Assembly: GCA_039803545.1 (NCBI GenBank)
Contig: JBDRYS010000003.1
Coordinates: 83,096-147,095 of the forward strand
Source of the DNA: a candidate division WOR-3 bacterium
GTDB taxonomy: Bacteria > Hydrothermota > Hydrothermia > UBA1063
DNA length: 64,000 nucleotides
Direction of reading: 5' to 3'
Shown: positions 37,809-46,160 of the stretch, piece by piece
Layout: each line of letters begins with the position of its first letter
How positions within the stretch are numbered: the first letter of the stretch is position 1
Notes under the pieces: model-generated
The model's input: only the letters and a program-made list of their open reading frames with translations
What the model was told of the DNA's origin: nothing
Databases searched by the model: none
Position numbers and translations under genes: made by a program

Positions 37809-37881
37809 GGGGCCGTAGCTCAGCTGGGAGAGCATCAGGCTGGCAGTCTGAAGGTCGTGGGTTCAAATCCCACCGGCTCCA
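37809..37881 (+). tRNA. tRNA-Ala (anticodon GGC)
   Basis: It folds by hand into a 73-nt cloverleaf. The acceptor stem GGGGCCG/CGGCTCC contains the G3:U70 Ala identity pair. The anticodon loop is CTGGCAG and the T-arm is GTGGG-TTCAAAT-CCCAC. No CCA is encoded. Confidence 0.95.
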
Positions 37882-37923
37882 GGTTTCAAACCGTCCTATT
37901 ATATTCTCTATAAAACCCACCAC

Positions 37924-38005
37924 GCGGGGGTGGCGGAACGGCAGACGCGCCAGATTTAGGATCTGGTGGGTTTAGCCCGTGCGGGTTCAAGTCCCGCCTC
38001 CCGCA
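37924..38005 (+). tRNA. tRNA-Leu (anticodon TAG), class II with long variable arm
   Basis: 82 nt. The acceptor stem is GCGGGGG/CTCCCGC, the anticodon stem-loop is CCAGA-TTTAGGA-TCTGG, the long variable arm is TGGGTTTAGCCCGT, and the T-arm is GCGGG-TTCAAGT-CCCGC. No CCA is encoded. Confidence 0.95.
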
Positions 38006-38013
38006 GGAAAAAG

Positions 38014-38790
38014 ATGAGTTCAATTACATTTTTAACTTTCCTTCTGAATTTCAAGTTTGTTTCCCTGGTCCCAAGTGTAACGGAGATGTTTTATCTTCTC
38101 TCAGCCGAGGATAAACTCCTTGCAGTTTCCTACTATTGCAATTATCCGGAGGCAACAAAAGATAAAGAGAAAGTGGGGGACCTTTTAAACCCTGATTATG
38201 AAAGAATAATCAGCTTGAAGCCCGATTTTGTAATCCTTTCCCTTCCCATGCAAAAACAAGTGGAACAGAATTTAAAGAAGCTCAAGATCAAATACATTGC
38301 CTTCAATCCAGAGTCCGTTAACGAAATCCTGATGGTTATTGACTCCCTTGGCAAACTTACAGGCAAGGAGGAACGTGCGAAATTTGTTATTGATTCCCTA
38401 AAGAGTGTTTTGAAAGATTTAAAACCCTTACATAGTAAGCCCAAAGTTTATGTGGAACTCTCAGAGAACCCCATATACACTGTGGGGAAAAATAGTTTTA
38501 TCAACGAAGTTGTAGAACTTGCCGGCGGTCAAAACATCTTTTCCGACAGGGAAACACCCTATTTTGTACCATCCCAAGAAGAAATTGTTAAGAAAAATCC
38601 AGATGTGATTCTATTACTCTATCCTCAGGCAAACCCAAAGAAGGTAGCAAAACGTTATGGTTGGACGACCATAAGGGCCGTAAAATATCATAAAATTTAC
38701 ACGCTCAATCAGGATTTGTTCACGAGGCCAGGCCCTCGGGTCTTCGGTGCAATTGTTAAACTAAACCGACTACTTCAATCTTGCTTTTAG
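38014..38790 (+). CDS. BtuF-like periplasmic substrate-binding protein (cobalamin/iron-complex ABC type)
   Basis: I prefer the ATG at 38014, because the listed upstream start overlaps the tRNA-Leu gene. FVSLVPSVTEMFYLL..LLAVSYYCNYPE..LKPDFVI..NPDVILL is typical of helical-backbone binding proteins. The N-terminal signal is weak. Confidence 0.7.
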   Translation: MSSITFLTFLLNFKFVSLVPSVTEMFYLLSAEDKLLAVSYYCNYPEATKDKEKVGDLLNPDYERIISLKPDFVILSLPMQKQVEQNLKKLKIKYIAFNPESVNEILMVIDSLGKLTGKEERAKFVIDSLKSVLKDLKPLHSKPKVYVELSENPIYTVGKNSFINEVVELAGGQNIFSDRETPYFVPSQEEIVKKNPDVILLLYPQANPKKVAKRYGWTTIRAVKYHKIYTLNQDLFTRPGPRVFGAIVKLNRLLQSCF

Positions 38791-39405
38791 AACGCCGATA
38801 CCCGTTTTAAACTGCAATTCCAAAGGTTTCCTATCTCCATCGGCTCCAAAAAGGTAGACCAGTTCTCCCGGAGTTTTGGACAATTTGGGGTCCCGTAAGT
38901 CTAAATAAATCTTAATAAGCTCCTTCCCTTTAATATTAATCCTCTGTGGATGGATGGCAATCTTAAAACTCCTCTTATCCACATGGTAATCTAAGAGTAA
39001 GGTTGAGTCGATATTGCCCTTTTCTCTCAGGTAAAAGATCAACGAAAGGGGGTCAAAGGTTTTGCCTGAGGTTACAAATTTAGAACCATCGTCATAGTAA
39101 ACGGTATCTCCTGAATAGACTGCCTTTGATTTATCTTTATACCTTCCTTCCCTTATGCTCCTTTCATAGGAGTAGGTAAAAAAACTATCGGAGTAAAAAA
39201 TTGAAACAATGGAATCATAGACCGGGAAAAAGGAATTGACAACCCCTTCACTTTTCACCACAAGGGTAGCGCGAGACAGATACCTTCCGCCTATTTTCTC
39301 AAAATTTCTCTCGTATTTTAGAGAACCGCTTCCTACCCGAAAATTCCCTAAATAGATGTTGTAATTTAGTAACTCACAAAAAATTAGAAGTGGAAAAAGA
39401 CTCAA
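38770..39405 (-). CDS. Hypothetical protein (DUF3108-like?), last gene of the buk-ptb-ackA operon
   Basis: 211-codon ORF with a TTG start that overlaps the ackA stop by 3 nt. It is beta-rich and Y/S-rich. The family call is from memory only. Confidence 0.4.
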   Translation of the reverse strand: MSLFPLLIFCELLNYNIYLGNFRVGSGSLKYERNFEKIGGRYLSRATLVVKSEGVVNSFFPVYDSIVSIFYSDSFFTYSYERSIREGRYKDKSKAVYSGDTVYYDDGSKFVTSGKTFDPLSLIFYLREKGNIDSTLLLDYHVDKRSFKIAIHPQRINIKGKELIKIYLDLRDPKLSKTPGELVYLFGADGDRKPLELQFKTGIGVLKARLK

Positions 39406-40715
39406 CCCTTTTTCCTTTTCTCCAGTTCCTTTCTATACTGCTCCTCTCTGAACTCATTTACATAATCAGGGGACTCAAAGGAGTACTTAAATTTCTCCGG
39501 AACATCGTACCTACCCTCAAGGATGGCCACCGCATCTTCCACAAGAACCAATTCTTCATCAGTAGGGATTACAAAGACCTTCACCGGTGAGTCATCGGTT
39601 GAAATAATAAATTCATGGTTTCTTGACATTGCTTCTCTATTACGCTCTTTATCCAGTATTATGCCGAGTTTTTCAAGCCCCTCTAAGGATTTTTCCCTGA
39701 TAATCCATCCCTTTTCTCCAACACCGGCGGTAAAGACGATGGCATCAACATGGCCAAGAGCCGCCATATAGGCGCCGATATAGAATCTAACCCTGTATGC
39801 CTCCATCTCTATTGCAAGAATCGCCCTCTCGTCTCCCTGAGCAGCGGCAATTTCCACATCCCTTCTGTCCGTGTACTTTCCTGTAATACCGAGAATTCCA
39901 CTCTTCTTGTTGAGGATGTCCATGACTTCCTTTAGGCTCATACCAGTTTTTTCGATTATGTAAGGTATAATTGCGGGATCGATGTCGCCTGACCTTGTTC
40001 CCATTATCAAACCCTGTAATGGGGTAAAGCCCATCGAATGATCATAGGCCTTACCGTTCTTAATGGCAGTCGCCGATGCACCATTTCCTATATGCAAAGT
40101 GATCAGATTTACCTCATGTGGGTCTTTCTTAAGGAGGGCAGCTGCCCTTCTGGAAACGTAAAGATGGGAAGTACCGTGAAAACCGTACTTCCTCACGCCG
40201 TACTTCTCATACCACTCATAAGGTACCGCATAGAGGTAGGTATGCTTTGGCATGGTCTGAAGGAAAGCGGTGTCCATCACAGCAATATGAGGAATATCTG
40301 GCATCAACTTCATCGCCGCTTCTATACCCATTACATTGGCAGGATTATGCAAAGGAGCAAGGGGATAAAGTTCCTTAAAGGTTTGAATAACTTCTTCGTT
40401 AATTATTACCGACTTTGTAAACTTTTCTCCACCGTGCACCACCCTATGGGAAACCGCGTTAATTTCCTTCACACTGCTTATAACACCATATTCGGGGTCG
40501 GTAATAGTATTGATAACAAGTTCAATGGCCACCTTGTGATCAGGGCATTCATGGTCTATTTTTACAGGGTCCCTTCCAGGGACCTCGTGCAAAATAAAGG
40601 AATTACCTATGGTAACTCTCTCAACAATGCCCTTACACAAGGGCCTCTTTTTATCCCAATCGTAAACTTGATACTTTACCGAAGAACTACCACAATTTAA
40701 GGTTAAAATCTTCAT
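39402..40715 (-). CDS. ackA: Acetate/propionate kinase
   Basis: MKILTLNCGSSSVKYQVYD, SHRVVHGGEKF, PLAPLHNPAN, YGFHGTSH, ITLHIGNGASATA, MGTRSGDIDP. A ~35-aa charged C-terminal extension is present. Confidence 0.9.
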   Translation of the reverse strand: MKILTLNCGSSSVKYQVYDWDKKRPLCKGIVERVTIGNSFILHEVPGRDPVKIDHECPDHKVAIELVINTITDPEYGVISSVKEINAVSHRVVHGGEKFTKSVIINEEVIQTFKELYPLAPLHNPANVMGIEAAMKLMPDIPHIAVMDTAFLQTMPKHTYLYAVPYEWYEKYGVRKYGFHGTSHLYVSRRAAALLKKDPHEVNLITLHIGNGASATAIKNGKAYDHSMGFTPLQGLIMGTRSGDIDPAIIPYIIEKTGMSLKEVMDILNKKSGILGITGKYTDRRDVEIAAAQGDERAILAIEMEAYRVRFYIGAYMAALGHVDAIVFTAGVGEKGWIIREKSLEGLEKLGIILDKERNREAMSRNHEFIISTDDSPVKVFVIPTDEELVLVEDAVAILEGRYDVPEKFKYSFESPDYVNEFREEQYRKELEKRKKG

Positions 40716-41632
40716 TGCTTAGCTCCCTTTTTACCCGCAAGGAGCGCAGCTAAAGCAATGGACATAAACTTAGAGTCTTCACTGTCTGCTCTTGATGTCA
40801 AAACGCAAGGAGCGGTTGCACCTGCAACTACAGCCGCAATTCTACCATTAGCAAGCTGGGTGCAGGTCTTGAAGAAAACATTTCCCGTTTCAATATTGGG
40901 GAAAATCAATATATCGGCCTCGCCAGCCCCCTCACCCTTAAATCCTTTGATCTCTGCACATTCCTTTGACACAGCGATATCTAAAGCTACCGGCCCTTCA
41001 ACCTTTGCTCCCTTAATCTGCCCCCTTTCCGCCATCACTTTAATAATGGCTGCGTCTACCGTTGAAGGCATCTTAGGATTTACTGTTTCCACCGCACTTA
41101 TAAGAAAGGCATAAGGATTCTCAATTCCAAGGGCGTGTGCAACTTCAATGGTGTATTGCAAAATCTTCACCTTTTGCTCAAGATCTGGAAGGATAATAAC
41201 CGCGACATCGGCCACTATTAGTAATTTAGGATAAGTTGGAATTTCGACAACGGTTACATGAGAAAGCACCCCACCGGGTGGAACAAGTCCATTTTCCTTA
41301 TCGAGGATTGCTCTCATATAATCTGCAGTGTTCACAAGTCCTTTCATCAATATGTCGCCCTCACCATCCTTCACCATCTTAACCGCCATCTTCAGGGCCT
41401 TCTTCTGATCCTTCTCATCAATGATCTTGAAAATCGCAGGGTCGACTCCATGCTCCTTCGCCACACTCTTTATTTTATCTTCATTTCCAACCATTATTAC
41501 GTCAACCAGTCCTTCGTTCTTTGCCTTCGAAACTGCCTCTATGGTGTGAGGATCTTCACCACAGGCCACAACAAGCCTCATCGAAGGCATTCCCTTAACT
41601 GCCGCAACAATTTGATCAAGTCTTGTTATCAT
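40712..41632 (-). CDS. ptb: Phosphate butyryltransferase / phosphate acyltransferase (PTA_PTB family, short Ptb type)
   Basis: 306 aa, the short Ptb size. LVVACGEDPHTIEAV, GDILMKGLVNTA, ILIFPNIETGNVFFK, CVLTSRADS. A good RBS (GGAGG) is present. Confidence 0.85.
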   Translation of the reverse strand: MITRLDQIVAAVKGMPSMRLVVACGEDPHTIEAVSKAKNEGLVDVIMVGNEDKIKSVAKEHGVDPAIFKIIDEKDQKKALKMAVKMVKDGEGDILMKGLVNTADYMRAILDKENGLVPPGGVLSHVTVVEIPTYPKLLIVADVAVIILPDLEQKVKILQYTIEVAHALGIENPYAFLISAVETVNPKMPSTVDAAIIKVMAERGQIKGAKVEGPVALDIAVSKECAEIKGFKGEGAGEADILIFPNIETGNVFFKTCTQLANGRIAAVVAGATAPCVLTSRADSEDSKFMSIALAALLAGKKGAKQ

Positions 41633-41643
41633 TTCTTACCTCC

Positions 41644-42744
41644 TTAAAATAGTTCCTTATCCTCTATAATTTCATTTTCGTAAATTTTTGCCGCTTCTTC
41701 CCCCCTTAAAACCCTTAAAGCACCCTCAGCAAGGGCTCTCATCTCATCGCCGCCGGGGTACACCATAATGGGGGCAATGAATTTCACCCTTTTCTCAACC
41801 CAGGATACGAAATCTTTGTAATAGGCGAGGCCGCCCGTCAATACGATGGCATCCACTTCTCCTTCTAACGCTGCCGCCATCATACCTATCCATTTTGCTA
41901 CAGTATAGGCCATAGCTTCCATTATAAACCGAGCCTTCTTATCACCCTTATTTACCATTTCCTCAGCAACCCGCATATCGTTAGTTCCAAGATAGGCAAT
42001 GACCCCACCCTTCCCCGCGAGTAACTTCTTTATTTCATCCTTTGTGTACTGTCCAGAAAAGCAAAGCTCCACCAACTGCCATGCAGGGAGGCTACCAGCC
42101 CTTTCCGGTGCAATGGGACCGTCTCCATTCAAAGCGTTATTCACATCGACAATTCTTCCCTTTCTATGGGCCCCGACACTGATTCCACCTCCGAGGTGAA
42201 CGACAATGAGGTTTGCCTCTTCGTACTTCTTACCTAAGTCCCTGGCAGCTATCCTCGCGATCCTTTTCTGATTTAAAGCATGTAAAATGCTCTTCCTTTT
42301 AATGAAAGGTAATCCCGTTACCTTTGCAATAGGGTCCATTTCATCAACAACCACAGGGTCAACGATAAAAGCGGGAATGTTCAGTGGCCGTGCAATGGCA
42401 TCGGCAATAAGGGCACCAAGGTTGGATGCATGTTCTCCATTTACACCAGCCCTTAAATCTTCCAGCATTTTTTCTGTAACTTTGTATGTACCACTCGGAA
42501 TCGGCCTCAGAAGACCCCCGCGGCCCACCACCGCCGATAATGTCTCCACCTTTTCACCACGACTTTCAAGTTCCTTCAATATAATTTCCTTTCGAAATTC
42601 ATACTGGTCTATAATTTTAGGAAACTTTGCGAGCTCTTCAGCTGGATGGGCAATATTTACAGAAAATATCGGCTCTTCATTGTTAAACAAAGCAATCTTT
42701 GTTGAAGTTGAACCTGGATTAATTACAAGAATCCTATAGTTCAT
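41644..42744 (-). CDS. buk: Butyrate kinase
   Basis: [56 protein letters not shown], and the C-terminus [14 protein letters not shown]; 366 aa. Confidence 0.92.
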   Translation of the reverse strand: MNYRILVINPGSTSTKIALFNNEEPIFSVNIAHPAEELAKFPKIIDQYEFRKEIILKELESRGEKVETLSAVVGRGGLLRPIPSGTYKVTEKMLEDLRAGVNGEHASNLGALIADAIARPLNIPAFIVDPVVVDEMDPIAKVTGLPFIKRKSILHALNQKRIARIAARDLGKKYEEANLIVVHLGGGISVGAHRKGRIVDVNNALNGDGPIAPERAGSLPAWQLVELCFSGQYTKDEIKKLLAGKGGVIAYLGTNDMRVAEEMVNKGDKKARFIMEAMAYTVAKWIGMMAAALEGEVDAIVLTGGLAYYKDFVSWVEKRVKFIAPIMVYPGGDEMRALAEGALRVLRGEEAAKIYENEIIEDKELF

Positions 42745-42753
42745 AAATACCCC

Positions 42754-43809
42754 CTATTTTTCAAGCCTCTTTTCAAAGTAATCTTTCCAGTAATTTTCAA
42801 GGTAATGCAAAATTTTATCCCTTACAAACCGATAGGTGCTGACCGGAGCCCCGATCGGATCCTCCAAATCCCCACCCTCCGGGTCTATCAGCTTAGCCTT
42901 AAATCTATATTTTTCCGGAAGCCAATCAATATGCTCCCTCGCCATTGCAATAATGAGATCCGCCAACTCCATTTCAAACTCAGTAATCGCCTTAGGAACG
43001 TGGGAATAGTTTTCAATTCCTATCTCTTTTAGGACCAGTTGCGCCTTTGGATTTATTTGCCTTTCGTTAACCTGTATCGTCCCCCTTGATAGTATTTGTA
43101 GATTTTCATAATCTTTCATCATTCGAGAAAATATGGCTTCAGCCATCGGGCTTCTGCAGGTATTGCCCGTGCATAAAAAAATGAGGGTAAATTTCTGCCC
43201 TTTGCTAAACTTGGCTATCCTACCCGCCGTTTCTTCAATATCTAAATAATTTATCAAGCCCTTCCTTAGAATGTATGGATTCTCTGAAGAAACATCGATA
43301 ACCGTTGAAGGGATATTGCCTGATTCCCCATCTACAATAAAATCAACTTCACTACCAAGGGTTTCAGAAACGTCCCTCCCTGTTTTTAAAGGAGGTTCCC
43401 CTGAAATATTGGCACTGGTTGATGCTAAGGGTTCATTTACAATTTTTAGGAGTTCAAGCAAAAATTCCGTTTTGGGAATCCTTATTCCAATTTTGCCTTC
43501 TTCGGAAACACAAGTCTTAGGAGCAACATCCGATGCAAAGGCGACTAGGGTTAATGGGCCTGGCCAGTATTTGCTCATCAGTTTTTCTGCATATGAGGGT
43601 AAGTCTCTGAACAACTTTTTTGCAGTCTCAATATCTTTAACAAAACAGGGCAAAACCTTAATCCTTTCTCTTCTCTTAATTGTAAAAATCTTTTCGACGG
43701 CCCTTTCTGAGGATGCTCTTGCCACAAGCCCATAAACTGTCTCTGTAGGAACGGCTACAACTCCATCCTTTTTGAGTATATCGACTACCTTTTTTAAAAG
43801 GTCTTCCAT
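42754..43809 (-). CDS. tsaC: Fusion protein: L-threonylcarbamoyladenylate synthase (TsaC/YrdC/Sua5 domain) plus low-molecular-weight phosphotyrosine/arginine phosphatase domain
   Basis: I prefer the start at M21 (MEDLLKKVVDILKKDGVVAVPTETVYGL), 4 nt after the upstream gene. The YrdC-domain motifs are PGPLTLV and SANISGEPP. The C-terminal half has the LMW-PTP P-loop LIFLCTGNTCRSPMAE and a DP motif (LEDPIG). Confidence 0.85.
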   Translation of the reverse strand: MEDLLKKVVDILKKDGVVAVPTETVYGLVARASSERAVEKIFTIKRRERIKVLPCFVKDIETAKKLFRDLPSYAEKLMSKYWPGPLTLVAFASDVAPKTCVSEEGKIGIRIPKTEFLLELLKIVNEPLASTSANISGEPPLKTGRDVSETLGSEVDFIVDGESGNIPSTVIDVSSENPYILRKGLINYLDIEETAGRIAKFSKGQKFTLIFLCTGNTCRSPMAEAIFSRMMKDYENLQILSRGTIQVNERQINPKAQLVLKEIGIENYSHVPKAITEFEMELADLIIAMAREHIDWLPEKYRFKAKLIDPEGGDLEDPIGAPVSTYRFVRDKILHYLENYWKDYFEKRLEK

Positions 43810-43813
43810 ATCG

Positions 43814-44446
43814 TCAAAAGGCGAAGTTAAACCCCCAAATAATAGGCGGGTATTTGTCGAAGGGAACAACCACTTCCATGTTCATGCCTGACGGAAATCT
43901 TATTGTCTCAAAATTACGGAAGGAAATTCCTAAGGCAACGGCGAAGAAGTTGTTAAAACGTTTTACATCGAAGTAATCAGATATCTTGCTCAAATTTCTG
44001 TAATCGGGGGCATGATGTGCCAAAAGGGCTAAATACAAGGAACTATATTGGGAAATTTTTGAGGAGGTCAAAAGTTCCGCATCCCAAGAAAAACCCTGGG
44101 CAAAGAAGTTGTAGCCAAAACCACCCGCTGCTGCTACACTTATTGGTGAAACGTGTAAAAATCTCAATTTTAGTTGGGGGCCGAGTCCCTCTGCGAGATC
44201 ATATCTTAACCCAAAATCCATGTTATCCGAAGCCCCAAATACAACCATGCCACCGAGATTGGCTCTCGAGTAAAAGGTCCCTGAGGCCTTAGCTTCGTTT
44301 CTGTAATCGGAAGAATAATAAAGGGGTAAATTGAAATACAAACTTTTTTCAACATTGCCCGCTCCAATGGGCTCGGCACTTTTAAAAGTACCAAGAAAAC
44401 AGCCATTAAAAATTAAAAAGGGCAGAAGGAAAAGTAGCTTTTTCAT
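43814..44446 (-). CDS. Small outer-membrane beta-barrel-like protein (hypothetical)
   Basis: It has a signal peptide MKKLLFLLPFLIFNGC, an alternating hydrophobic pattern, and a C-terminus ..WGFNFAF ending in Phe. Confidence 0.5.
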   Translation of the reverse strand: MKKLLFLLPFLIFNGCFLGTFKSAEPIGAGNVEKSLYFNLPLYYSSDYRNEAKASGTFYSRANLGGMVVFGASDNMDFGLRYDLAEGLGPQLKLRFLHVSPISVAAAGGFGYNFFAQGFSWDAELLTSSKISQYSSLYLALLAHHAPDYRNLSKISDYFDVKRFNNFFAVALGISFRNFETIRFPSGMNMEVVVPFDKYPPIIWGFNFAF

Positions 44447-45394
44447 CTAAACCTCCCGCAGGTTTTGAAAGATTATTTCTTTGCCTAACAAATCAAAAAC
44501 CTTTTTGGCCAGATCCCTGAAGACCTTTATCACAAACTTTGAAATAATGATATTGTTTCTATCATCAAGCTCCAAAAATCCCTTATCGTTGTGAAAGCGC
44601 AGCACAATGTAATACTTTTGATTCAAAAAGGGCTCAGCGTGAATCACCCTGAAGAGGAATTCCTGCCTTTTATACTCATAAACTTTGTCGATTTTGTAGA
44701 AAAACTCTCCCTCTTTAAACTCCATAGGGAGAAGTCCTTCGACCTTTTCCAAGAAATCAATGGAATTGTCCCTAACCTTGAAAATTAAATTAGGCATTCC
44801 CTCAACACCCTCATAGGGTATTAAAACTCTCTCGTCCTGCTTTTCAATTATAAAGTAACTTATTGGTTTATTTAAACTTATCCACTTTCTTGCATATTTT
44901 GTTAAAAAGTCCTCGTAAGGGGAATCTTGAGTCTCAATGTAAGATACGCCAATATCCGCAAGAGATTCCCTGAGGTAATTTTTTAGAATGTCCGAATCCG
45001 TCGCAATAAAAAGTTTTCCCCCCTTCGTTAACCTCGAATAGTAGACCATCAAGGACCTTTTTGAAGTAAGCCTTTTATTCTCCTTTGACGGCTTTTCCCA
45101 GGGATCGGGGAAGTTTATATAGATTGCATTAACCCGGTTATCCGGTACAAAAAAGTACAAAAGGGACCTTCCATCCCCCCTGTAAAGAAGAACCTTTTGA
45201 ACATTCTCCCGTTTAAGTTTCCTATGGGCAAGCAAAACAAATTGATTGGCAACTTCTGCACCTACAATCAAGGCGTCAGGATACTTATTTCTCAAGTACT
45301 TTAGAAAATCGCCATTTCCAAATCCAAGCTCGAAAACGAGTACTTCCTTACTGATAAGCTGTGATAAGGAAGAAGGCTCAGTTAAAAAATTCAT
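44447..45394 (-). CDS. trmB: tRNA (guanine46-N7)-methyltransferase with about 118-aa C-terminal extension
   Basis: FELGFGNGDFL (SAM-binding site), INFPDPWEK, GGKLFIATD. The core ends near residue 197 and an extra beta-rich domain follows. Confidence 0.85.
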   Translation of the reverse strand: MNFLTEPSSLSQLISKEVLVFELGFGNGDFLKYLRNKYPDALIVGAEVANQFVLLAHRKLKRENVQKVLLYRGDGRSLLYFFVPDNRVNAIYINFPDPWEKPSKENKRLTSKRSLMVYYSRLTKGGKLFIATDSDILKNYLRESLADIGVSYIETQDSPYEDFLTKYARKWISLNKPISYFIIEKQDERVLIPYEGVEGMPNLIFKVRDNSIDFLEKVEGLLPMEFKEGEFFYKIDKVYEYKRQEFLFRVIHAEPFLNQKYYIVLRFHNDKGFLELDDRNNIIISKFVIKVFRDLAKKVFDLLGKEIIFQNLREV

Positions 45395-46083
45395 AAAAGG
45401 GGAATGATCTTAAAAAACCTGTTGAACCTTATCTTTTTCCAGAGAGGTGCCTGAAGGTCTATGGAAAAATAAATAATGAGGGGGGTTCCTTTAAGGTACT
45501 TTAAAGGTACAGGGCCAAAAAACCGCGAGTCAAAAGAGTAATCCCTGTTATCACCCATGGCGAAGAAATAACCCTCAGGTACTACAACCGGGCCAAAATT
45601 GTCCCTTACCCTCGGCTCCTGCATGAATTTGCCTGATTCCCAGGCTCTCTGATAATCCCGCCTTAAAATCTCGTTAGTTAACTCCACAAGAGGCGGTATG
45701 ACTGTCGGGTCTTTATGGACAACGTACTTTTCCTCCTGCCTGACCCCATTAATGTAAAGCACCTTATTGATTATTTGAATGGTATCACCGGGTAGTCCGA
45801 TGCACCTTTTCACATAATCCTGTTTCTTTGTAACAGGATAAAGGAAAATTACAATTTCTCTATGGCGGGGCTTTTTAAACTGAAAAAATTTTATACCTGT
45901 ATAGGGAATCTCAAGACCGTAAGTGAATTTCAAGGCAAGCAAAAAATCTCCGGGAAGTAAAGTATTTTCCATCGAGCCGGAAGGCACCACATAGCCCTGA
46001 ATTACAAAGGCTCTCAGCAAAAATACAATAAAAATAGTCCAAATTATTGACTCTACAGTTTTCCGAAATTTTTGATCTTTCAC
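45391..46083 (-). CDS. lepB: Signal peptidase I
   Basis: VPSGSMENTLLPGDFLL (catalytic Ser box), YVKRCIGLPGD (Lys box), GDNRDYSFDSRFFGPVP. GTG start. Confidence 0.92.
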   Translation of the reverse strand: MKDQKFRKTVESIIWTIFIVFLLRAFVIQGYVVPSGSMENTLLPGDFLLALKFTYGLEIPYTGIKFFQFKKPRHREIVIFLYPVTKKQDYVKRCIGLPGDTIQIINKVLYINGVRQEEKYVVHKDPTVIPPLVELTNEILRRDYQRAWESGKFMQEPRVRDNFGPVVVPEGYFFAMGDNRDYSFDSRFFGPVPLKYLKGTPLIIYFSIDLQAPLWKKIRFNRFFKIIPLL

Positions 46084-46160
46084 ATTTCAATTATAAATCA
46101 AGGAATATGGCCTTACAAAGCAGCTTTTAAAATCCAACTTTTTGCCATTAAAATAACACT

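Noticed and set aside
37585-37975. ORFs 37585-37923 (minus, 112 aa, Cys-rich) and 37658-37975 (plus, 105 aa).
   Set aside because: Both run straight through the tRNA-Ala and/or tRNA-Leu genes and the antisense of the CAG-rich tandem repeat. Neither has an RBS. The Cys/Leu-rich composition is an artefact of reading the repeat in other frames.
37809-39405. A possible genomic island or integrated element at the tRNA-Ala/tRNA-Leu pair.
   Set aside because: No integrase, recombinase, direct repeat of the tRNA 3' end or phage/plasmid genes follow the tRNAs. The flanking genes are ordinary chromosomal genes.
40038-42739. Long antisense ORFs opposite ackA, ptb and buk (40038-40700, 40758-41114, 41258-41647, 42287-42739).
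   Set aside because: Each lies fully inside a confidently identified enzyme gene on the other strand. Their products are low-complexity (S/T/P/A-rich) with no motifs, which is typical of shadow ORFs.
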